Shown here in pieces: positions 46,939 to 57,126 of a stretch of 64,000 nt of DNA. This stretch comes from Marsupella aquatica. Taxonomy: Eukaryota > Plantae > Marchantiophyta. How positions within the stretch are numbered: the stretch's first letter is position 1; the number at the start of each line of letters is the position of its first letter. The stretch spans positions 18,260,666 through 18,324,665 of the forward strand of contig OZ316891.1 in assembly GCA_973895155.1 (NCBI GenBank), written 5' to 3'. Both the position numbers and the translations under genes were made by a program. Under the pieces are notes generated by a model, which saw only the letters and a program-made list of their open reading frames with translations, was not told the DNA's origin and made no database searches.

Positions 46939-49900
46939 GGCCAGTGATGACTCTCGGGGATGGAGCCCCGGCACCGTAAGTGAGTCCGAGGAGGATTAGT
47001 AGTGGTACGGAGGTTGGTTTTGGGCACATGTCCAACTGGCCAAATCATGGTCTTATTGGAAGGAGCTCGTCGAGCTGAATCTAACGATGTAAGACACGCC
47101 TCAAACGGAGTTAAAATGAGAGAGATATGGACCGAAACGTTTCGGTGAAGAATTAGGGTCCGGCACCATACGGACGTCCGTACAACCTTCAGGAAAGTGA
47201 CCCGGCCAAGTCAGGGCATGTGGCCATGGCCAGGGTACCTCATTTTGATGTCGTGATGGGAGGCCGGGACCGTACGGACTATTTGGACACGATGGTGACC
47301 AGGTTAGAGTTTGGGACTCGGTAGGCCATATCTCGGGCGTCTGATGTCCGTTTTGGGAGCCGTTTTCGGGGTTACGATCAGGATGGCCGTGGCTACTCAG
47401 AAAATTTCTCAGGACCAGATTTCGATCAACTTCTACTTTCGGCTATTTCCATGGCCAGAGTAGTGGGAGGCGTTGGCCGCCACGTAGTAGGGAGGTAGGC
47501 CATGGTCTACTCATATAGGACTTAGTTTAGTTTTGTTTAGGTGATGTGATGGCCGACGAAGGCACCATTGGCCTCACTTAGGTAGCAATAGGATTAGGGG
47601 TGCATGTGTGTGCCGCATGTGTAGAAAACTTTTAGGTTAGCGGCGCCGCTAGTGGATGGCGGCCAGCCAGGGCAGTGGCCGCCGCCACACCCTACGGCTT
47701 GTATGTTCACGCATTGTTGTTTTCAGTATTTAACCAGCAGCCCCCGGTAGGAGCAGGGGGGAACTCAGTCTAGTGTTGTTTTTGTGAGGATTAGCTTTCG
47801 ACAAGAGTAGGGAATTGATCCGGAGTATTGAGGTGGAGAGGCTCATTGTCCCGTGAGGCAGGAGTTGGGTAGACGGTAGGAGACCGGGTTGCCCATGCAA
47901 TGTGTTACCTTGGCCACCAATAGATATGGATTCGGTTGGATTTTCATGACTTCTTGTGTGTTGTTCCCTCTCTTGGTTGCACGATTGTGTTCTTCCCCTA
48001 ATATGAGTATTTAGAGAAACTTACATGTCTTGGTCGACCCTGTGAGTGGGAGAGTGGTGACAACACTTTGCCAAAGGCCATGAGGAGTAGAAACAAGGTA
48101 GTCCACGGGACTTGATCAAAAGCAGAGTACGTATAGTCGGTAGACTTGATCAAAAAATACATTTCCGGGAGCGGAAACGAATCTACTCATCCTTAGTATG
48201 AAATTGATCCATATAGCGTCCCTCCACGTCCCCATCATACGATACAAACAATTTTTAGTGGAACCATGTGGTGCTTGTTGTGTTAGTCGTTTGATAAGCA
48301 GGTGACAATTGTTACGAAGCTACTTGAGAGATAGAGAGAGCTTGCGCTGTGGATGCTTGGTATGGCTGTTCGGCCTAGAGTGCAGTAAAGCTCTTGTGTG
48401 TTCCCGTGGACGTAACCTCATGTGGAGGTGGACCACGTATCTCTCTGTGTCGACTCTTGTGTGTTGGATGGTTCATGGGCTTGTCGTTGTGATTGTCGTC
48501 TATGCTCAACATTTTCTTGGTTGGAGATGTTCCCTTGGTTCACAAGTTGTTATTTGTTTATTAGAAACTGGCTAACCAAGAAAAACCCAACAAATTTAGC
48601 CAAAAGTGACATAAATTTGACTTCACTAAAAAAAGGTTGAACCTACACCCACAACATGACACTGCCCACCCTGCCCAAGCCCCCTCCTGTCTTCCTGAAT
48701 GCCCTGCCTTCATAGATGTACTCGATGAACCCCCAAAAGTTTTACTTGATGGACCTCAAAAGTGATCCAAACCATTGATAGACCTTAAATCAATGTACCA
48801 AAAATCTCATGGAGCTCCACGAAATAACACTTTTCATTTTAAAGGTCCATCAAATAAATCTATGGTCTTGCCCCAAATTTTGCAATAAATCCATGAGCAT
48901 TCCAGCCTGTGCTTGCCTGGTATTTGCTTGATGGACCCCCAAACCAAACTTTTCTCCCCATCCAACCCCATGAGATTTTGGATAAGTTGATTTCAGGATT
49001 AACAACTCTATGAATGATTCATGAAGTCTATCAAATAAGACTTTTCATTTATGTCCATGTAACACATACTTGCTCTCTGGTGGTTCATGATTGGGGTCTA
49101 TCAAATAACACTTTTCATTGTGTCCATCAAACATACACCCCAAAATCAGTTCACCTGCCTCAAACTCAAACACACTACCCTCCCCAAAAGAAGGTTCCAT
49201 ACTTCTTCTGTTTTTCCTGTGCTTACCCGACCTACCGGCTCCCATAACTTTTACGGGAGTTCCTGTAACACTTGGGTTAAGGGAGCACTTGAATTAAAGG
49301 AGTGCCTAATCTTGTTCTTAATGGATTCCCTAATGGACAAAACTACAGTACTTGACGACCTCGAGAACTTATTAGGGCCTATCAAAGTTCTCCCATAACA
49401 CTTTGATTACTTGACCACCTCAAAAACTTATTAGGGTCTGCCAAAGTAACACTTTGATTACGGGTTAATTTTTTTGGGTTTACCACCCATATGGGTACTT
49501 ATTTTGGTAACCCATAAGGAATGTGTCCTGGCCATAATTGTGTTTTATGTCCTGTGTGTAAATAAATCATGTACAAGTGCGCTTTGACACGCCCTATTGG
49601 CCTCGCCAGAATGTGACGCTTCTAGTCCTCTTCGCTTGCTGAGTCTGCCATCTTTTTCCTCACCGACGTCATCGTTGCCATTCTAGAGACAGGAGCGGCG
49701 AACAATTCTTGCAACGGGGCTCTCACTGCGAAATTGTTGGGTCATCAGGGAGCTCAATTTGAGACTCACCCAGTTCCAGAGAGATGCAGTTGTGATTGAC
49801 TGATTTGGGTCTTGTTTGCAGGGAAAGAAACATCTCCGAGCGCTGGAGAGGAATCGGAGCGAATTTGGGACAGAGATGTCAATTTTGTTACGTTCGCGGA

Positions 49901-50104
49901 TAGCAAGGATTTGAACAGTTCCGATAGAAGGGGATTGGAGTGTGATTTCCGGCATTGGCGGAGCGAGATTGATAGATCCGTCGGTCGTGTTGCACCTGCT
50001 CTGCTGTTGTAGGGGGTGTCTGTCTGTTGAGAACTGCAATTGCAGGAAACTTGTGAAAGTTTGCTGAGTTGTTGAGTTGACAGTACTTGCTGAGTTGAGA
50101 CACG

Positions 50105-51852
50105 ATGGTCGAAACAATGCCGAGAATGTCGTCTACTTTGAATCCTAACGCGCCTCTCTTTGTGCCGGCGTCGTACCTTGCAACGGAGGACTTTTCTCCC
50201 GAGTGGTGGCATCTGATTCAAACGTCTCCCGCCTTTCGTGACTACTGGTTGCTAGAGAGGTCCGAAATTTTGGAGGAGGAAGGGTCTGCGGCAGCTGCTT
50301 CTCCCGTGGATGATTCTGATCACTTTGAAGAACTTCTGGATATCGAGATTCAATTCGAGGAGGCGGAGAACGCCGGCTGCACGCAAGAAAAAGGTACGGT
50401 TCTCCACCAAAGGCTTGCATTGTCTATGATGTGGTTTCAGTGATGTTATCGGTTCTCTCTAGGCTTTTCCTCCCGTCGAAACGGTTCAGGCTTCTTTGTG
50501 CGAGGAGCAGAGATGTAAACAAACGCCCGGTGTGACTTTAGCGAATGCCTTGCCTTGCGGCGGTCCTCTCCAGCAGCTATCTTGATTTCTAATTTTGCAG
50601 TCCGTTGCCTCTTCTTGTGAACGGGCTGTTCTCGAGATGCGTAGGCATCGAGTACTTCATGTGCATTGATCAAGAGTGCTAGTCCAAGCAAATTATATGC
50701 GGGGCGCTGTCTGTTCAACGGGACCAATTTGCCTTCTAATTTTGGTCGGTCTTCACTTTCTGCGAGCTAGATCCTGTAGTTCGGCCTGTCGGTGTCCAAC
50801 AGGACTTTCGTCCTTCTGAATTAAACGATGCATATCTCGATCTGGATTAAACGATGCATATCTCGAGGAATTTTTGGACGTCGTCGTCACGCACTGCACA
50901 TTTCGATCACGTCTTCGAAGAAGCGGGTCATCGAGTTTGGATGCGTGCCAATTTGGCGTTTCGGCAAATCGCAATGGATTGCTCCGGAATGTCGCCGTTT
51001 AGGTTGCACATGGGCCTTCTATCCCGACTCTGTTCGTCGACGAGGTTCGGAAGCTGGCCCAGTGACACCACGGGGACTGTATCATCGAAGCCAAATCTGC
51101 AGCCTCAAGAGAAGGCCTTAATGTGGATGCCAAGGTTTTGGTGTACTAGTTCTTTCTCCCACGACATTCGTTCCACCACGCGGTGACATGACGTCGACTG
51201 TTCTCTCGATACCTTCTGATTTGTTTCCAAACATGGCACCTCTTTAACAATTTGTCTCTGACTTGTCTTGTGTACGAATTTGCATGTTTTCTTCTCATTT
51301 CGAAGAGATCATGCGACCAGAAGAGGTTGAGGGCCTTTTCACTCGGCCTAAGTTATCTTATGTATTGTAGAGCTCTTATCTGCGTCGGAGAACTGTGAGA
51401 CAGGAAGCAATGCAGTGGCCGTGTAGTGGCGGGTACGCTTTCTGGGGCGAGAAGTAGGCAACGATATTCCTTCCTCGCTCTGCCCAAGCCTGAGATGTAG
51501 GATTGATTCGCTCGTTGGCCAAGTCGTTTGCACTAGAGTCGACGCCTTGCTGGAAGGACCGTCGCTGTGTTGTTTTTCCTTCCCTTTCCTTGTGCAATGT
51601 CTAGAGTTTCGTGACTTCTCCCTCTCTGGACCCTGACTAACTTGCCGGTTTGATTACGTTGCAGGCGCCGTGCGCGATGTTGAGAAGGAAGTCTTATCCG
51701 CTTTTGCCGGTCTTGGTGTGAACGACCTGAAGTCCCAGCAGCGTATGTGGCGTGAGCCGCTAAAGCAACACGAGAAAATCTTAAACATGACTCCAAGAAG
51801 TCCCGGGAAATGCCGTGCAAATCAGTTTCGTATTCAACAGCCTCGTGCCTGA
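50105..51852 (+). CDS. ERD15: ERD15/CID-like PAM2-motif poly(A)-binding-protein interactor, 158 aa. Exons 50105-50393 and 51665-51852
   Basis: PAM2 motif [34 protein letters not shown] and C-terminal RIQQPR. A phase-1 GT-AG intron joins the exons in frame (477 nt). Confidence 0.9.
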
Positions 51853-53089
51853 ATCATCCAATAGCCACCAAGGACTTGTACTGTTACGAGATGGTACATT
51901 GTCGAGCACCACAGCAAGTCTGTTGCCCATGCAATCTGCTCTTCAACAACCCAAGTGCAACACAGCTTTCTTTGGGAATGTTCTTGAACCCACATTTTTC
52001 CTGTCTAGATGTAACGTGTTAGATTCATTGTAAATTTTCTAGCAGTAGTTAGTTGTGGATATGCAATGAGAAATCTTGGACAGCTGCATGTTAATTGCGG
52101 CTTGTAATTAGCTAATGTGAAGCCAGTGTCGTCATCGTTTCTCGGCATTATAGCGAGTCTCTTCTGCAATGCAAATCTACAGGAAAGGCCACAGGGGAGC
52201 AATACCCAAACATCCAATCCCCCAAGCTCGCATCCAACTCTGCTAGAGACCAACCTACTTTCTGACCACGCTACCTCTTGAAAAACGATCGGTTCAGCAC
52301 CATACTGCAGTTCCAAAACGACAGGAGACATTGCTTCTAAAGCATGATAGAGCGAATGTCTGTCTGGAAAACGAAATTACTCAAATCCAAGCTCGACAAA
52401 AGTCAAAACCTCTCTCCACAATTGCGTTGTGACCACACCCAGTTCCAACCATGATCCTACCTCGATTTGCAACTATCAATCCAGCAGTCTCACAATGGCC
52501 ATGAGCATTACAATGGCAATGAGCATTACGTCGTCTGGCTGATGGCAAGAGACGTCAGTTCAGGCAGACGAACATACAATTTCAGGCTCTACATGTGACA
52601 ATTCATGTGACCATTCTCTAAATCAATCCACGAAGAGCAAAATGATCGGATGGTCACCAAGAGAAATTTGTCTAGGAGCCTTAAAACCAAGGGACTTTCT
52701 CTCCAAATAATAATGAATGTCTAACTTTGTGTCCCCATAGAGGCTTCTGGCATGAGAAACACCAACATTATCATTAACTTGGGCATGTCAAATCTCAAAT
52801 CATACCCTAGCGCTAGCCTGTTATCTCCACATTGGTGTGGGGAGAAAACGTTTTAAGACTGAAAAATTCGTACTTTTTCTTGTTCAATAACTTAATGACG
52901 CGTGGTGAACCCGGATGGTGAAACAGAGTGAGGGAGCGAAGGAGCGCATTCTGGAGGTAATGGGTTCTCGAAAGACAGGCAGAAATATAAACGGAAAAAA
53001 AAACGGATCAGGACAGTAGGAGCTTAGGGGCTTCGGACTGGGATTGAAGCTTTGAATGGGAAATTATGTTGCGAGGGGGAGGGGGGCCG

Positions 53090-53760
53090 AATTTGTTGTC
53101 CTTTGTTTGGAGCAAAATCTACATACACTTCTAAATAAGAATTGACAAGTCAGAGACCTGGACCTCAGCCCTAGTAATTTAAAAACCTCCTGTGTTTTTC
53201 TATCTTGCACTCCTAAAATATTTGGACCAGGAAAACTTTCCAGACTGAGTTACTACACAAAACAGCCTCAAACTTGCCTGCCTAAGTTCGAGCTGGCCTA
53301 CAAACTCTTTGTCTTGATTGAACACATCCTTTACTGACAAGTAAAATGCAAGGAGAGAGTTACTGGCAATAAGAGAGTACAGGCCAGTAATCCCCTAAGG
53401 AACTACAACAACCGAGGATCGGCGAACTCTTCCCATGTTAAATTTGCTGTCCTTCGTTTGGAGCAAGAACCACATACATTTCTAAATAAGAATTGAAAAG
53501 TCAGAGACATGGATGTCAACCCTAACCCTCTGTGTTTTTCTATCTTGCACTCCTAGAAAATGTGGACCTGTAAAACTTTCCAGACTGAGAGACTACGCAA
53601 AACAGCCTCAAATTTGGATCAAACTTGCCTGCCTAAGTTCGAGCTGACCTTCAAACTCTTTGTCTTCAACACATCCTTTATTACAAGTAAGATGCAACAA
53701 GAGAGTTGCTGGCAATCAGAGAGTACATCCAGTAATCCCCTAAGGAACTACAACAACCTC
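53090..53760. repeat. Diverged tandem duplication (~350 bp period) downstream of the acyltransferase
   Basis: aatttg-tgtcctt-gtttggagcaa...ccagtaatcccctaaggaactacaacaacc is present at ~53090 and ~53440. Confidence 0.85.
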
Positions 53761-53905
53761 GGACTTGCAAACGCTTCAAATGGTGCAAAAACAGGGTTCT
53801 GTTTGCAAACTCTGCTTGTAAAGGCATTGGGATCTGCTTACAGCAAGAATAATTGAATTTTCGAGGGAGTAATACAAAGGCTGAAGGTCAACCAGTCAGT
53901 TTTTC

Positions 53906-55245
53906 TCAAACCTTTTCACTTTTCTTGGTTGATGGAACAGTGCTGGGCTCCTTCATTCCCACCAGAATTGTCAGCAGGGCGAAATGTTTCCATAGAAGGA
54001 GATGAGTAAGTACGAGAGCAGAACTGGCTAAGACCACAAACTTGACCAGAATGGGGGCATCCGAAGAACCAAGCAGGCCATCTGCAAGAATAGCAAGGGG
54101 TACATCGTGCAAAATGTAAACAGGAAATGCCTGGGTTGCCCACACCGATGGTGGTGCCCTTCCTGATAGAGCATGTCGAGCGTATGTTAGGAGTGAGAGG
54201 ACCATATACCAAGCACCTAGGGCACGGAATGCATGGCTATAGAAAGACTTAAGCGGGCTCCCAAACAGGGGAGAAGAAAGCAGGCAGAGAGCACTAGACA
54301 AGATTCCTATTACGAGGTTCATTTTCCAGCTTTCATTCAAATGGACTTCCAGCACTGGATATTGAGCCAAGTAGAAACCAGTGACAAATAATGTTGAATA
54401 GGACCAGAAATTGGCCCAGTCATCAGTGAGATTTTGGAATCCTGGCCAGCGGTCACGCAAGCTGACTTCAATCACCACCAATAGGACCACAGGAGCATTC
54501 GCTAGCACCCATCCTCCCCATCCATGCAACCACTTCTCTACAAAGCTTACCCTTTTGAGAAGCCAAAACCCTGGCAAATACGTAAAAACAGGTAAGTGCT
54601 GAGGAATCTTTAATGTCAAAGAATGAGGCAGTAAAACCAATGCGAAAGGAGCACAACATATGGAGAAAATTCGGAGCATTGAAACAAAATTCTGACCTGG
54701 AAAGCAGGGAGCTGGGCAAATAAGGAGAGCACAGAAGCAAAAGTCCAACCTGGCAAGTAGATAACGGTGAATGTGAAAAGATAGGCCAGAAACCACAGAT
54801 GGCTCCAAGTAATTGCTACTCCACTGTAATAATACTCTTGTAGGAAAGTGGTGAATGAAACGGAGGGTTGTGCTGGGAGTTGCTCCCCTGTTTGGATTTT
54901 GAGCAGGCCATGCTTCAACGCAACCCATTGTGGGAGAGCGCACCAAAAAAATAAGCCGAACAGAAGTGGGATGAAAAGCCTCCGTGCCCTCTCCAGCAGG
55001 AAACCCCAGGCACCCCTTCTGCCTAAGGAGGCCTTAGAGGACCAACCAGCCAACAGGAAAAAGAGGGGCATGTGCCAAATATGCACAAATCTCGTAACCA
55101 AATCCATAGTCCAGGACAGCTCCACATTCTTGATATAAGTCCGCTCCTGCAAATCGAAGAACTGGGCAGTGTGATAGACGACTACCAGGTAGGACGCCAG
55201 GGTGCGCAACCAATCCAGATCGTGTCTTCTCGCTGCTTTCTCCAT
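53906..55245 (-). CDS. Acyltransferase family 3 membrane protein, OpgC/MdoC-like, ~386 aa. Exons 55245-54750 and 54570-53906
   Basis: RRHDLDWLR...VVVYH, WHMPLFFLLAG, FLLERARRLFIPLLFG, WSHLWFLAYLF and AFPVYILH are acyltransferase-3 hallmarks. The two overlapping ORFs are joined in frame by a 179-nt GT-AG intron (...IYLPG|FWLLKR..., 1161 nt). Confidence 0.85.
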
Positions 55246-57126
55246 GGCTGCCGATTGAGTGAACTTTTGTAATGTAGTCTCTCGATCCTAAAGTCGGAAT
55301 TGAAGAAGTAAATCAGACTTCCCCAAGGACAGACAGGAAGAACTGAAGTCCTCTCGAGCAGATTCTCATGTGGGAGGTAAAAGCTTTTCCAAGAGGAACT
55401 TTCCCGTGGGCTTTCATTTCGGAGGTCTCTCAAAGAGGGTAGAGCTCTACAGTGCTTTGAGCAACAACCAAGATTGTGGATTTTAATTCTAGTCAAACAG
55501 AGAAAACAGTAGAGTGTCCGGGTACTTTCTCGACCTTCAGGTGGGAACTGCGGAAGATATCAGACTTCCTGATAGACTGGAAGAATTGAACTATTCACCA
55601 CAGTGCAGTCCACCTTCTCTATACGTGCAAAGCAGAACCCATCTTCCCCAAACCTTTCCACATTATTACTTGTATTTGCACTTTTCCTTGCAGTGTGCAT
55701 AAGTGCAAGTCCCCATTCACGAGACGACAAATATCAAAGTACAAATCATGAATAAGTAAATTACCCATACAGTGTCCCTGTGTCTAAGTGCAGGCTCCCT
55801 GGAAGGCATACCAAGCCTGCACTTATCCACACTATTCACTATATCATAAGTACACTGGATATCATTTACAATAGGCACCTCTCCATATGTGCTTGTTGCA
55901 CTATCCAATAAGTGCATGTGAAATTGTTTATGCACTTCCTCATATATGTTGTTGGGCTATACACAAAGGACTGCCCATACCCTTAACTCTCATACTGCAC
56001 GATTCAACTGGATAAGTGCATGCGCTACTGCACTACTGCATGTAGTTGTCCACTGCACTTATCAATAAATGCTTCCCACGTAAGTGTTGCAATAGCTGAT
56101 AAATGCACATGCACTCTTAAGAAATCCAACTTAAAAAACTATATATTTCCATTGACAATTCAATAAATCTTTCTCAAATGATTAAAAAGACTCTAGATTT
56201 TGTTGCGCATGATGTGTTAGCTCCATGGAAGTGGCCCTCCAAGCTCAAGGCTATGGGGGACCCCAATGCTCTCACGATCAAAAGTTGGTGTCGTACAATT
56301 ATCACACCCTTGCAAGAGTAAATTGCTGCATGCCCAAATGTCCGGAATCCTCCCTTGGGAAGTGGCTTCATGGTTTTCAAGCTTTCTTCTGGTTTCATGG
56401 GTGTGAACTGGGATTGGGGGTCTGCCACTACCACTCCCAATGTTGGGAGCCTGGTTCCATGGTGGAGCCTGAGTCCATTTGGAGGCTCTAAAATATTGCA
56501 CTGTATTTATTTGTGTCTTCTTCCTTTTAAAGAGCCACTACTGTAGCCATGACAAAAACATGGTTCCACCAGTTTTAGTATGTTTTTCCTGAAATTGAGG
56601 AGCAAAACCTCACGGTAGAGGAGAGGAATGGGAAAAGGGAAAACTTTGGACACTCCAAATAATAATAATAATTTATATGGCCAGTGGTGGTTTAAGAAGA
56701 CTTCCTTTAGAATTCTGTTTACGGGCATCGTAAAAGGGAATTCGCCACAATCGAGATGAAGAGCCTAGCAGAATGGAAGGCTTTTCAACAGTGACGAGAA
56801 AATCCGCCGTGAGACAGAGTTTCTCAATTCATTATTGCAGCACAAGGGCGAACGAGGAATTGAATCATGGTGCTTACTTCCAGGAATTGGAAAAGGGTGG
56901 GGACATCAAATCCAATCCGGAAGGACAATAGGGGAAAAATGTGACAATTCATGCGGACTGAAGAAAGCTCGTCCTCGAGTTGAGAATTCATCGGCTGTGC
57001 ATGAGCTCAGGGTTTATGGCTCATCGTCCATTTTCTCGTCAAGAAGGACTTCCTCTTCGTTCCGCGAACGTATTGGCTAGTAGTGTGCAAGTGAAGAGCC
57101 ATTGTTAACGAGTCGAGGCGGGCAAA

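Larger units (their letters stand above)
41894..48307 (+). mobile_element. Large TG...CA element (4.43 kb without its nested insert); giant solo-LTR-like unit of a Ty3/gypsy (Athila/Tat-like) family carrying an ORF
   Basis: Begins TGTGAC and ends GTGACA, with a perfect 5-bp TSD attgt (41889-41893 and 48308-48312). GC-rich subrepeats at 42280-42850. No second LTR copy or pol domains seen. Confidence 0.75.
41748..48511 (+). mobile_element. Short (~345 bp) copia-like solo LTR split by nested insertions (parts 41748-41893 and 48313-48511)
   Basis: TGTTAG...CTCAACA termini. Flanks ctttc (41743-41747) and ttttc (48512-48516) form a 5-bp TSD with one mismatch. TATA-like ctctataatt in the left part; cccgtggacgtaacc...ggtggaccacgta in the right part. 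Confidence 0.65.

Noticed and set aside
54616-54946. Frameshifted pseudogene or programmed frameshift in the acyltransferase
   Set aside because: A canonical GT-AG intron restores the frame and gives a family-typical length.
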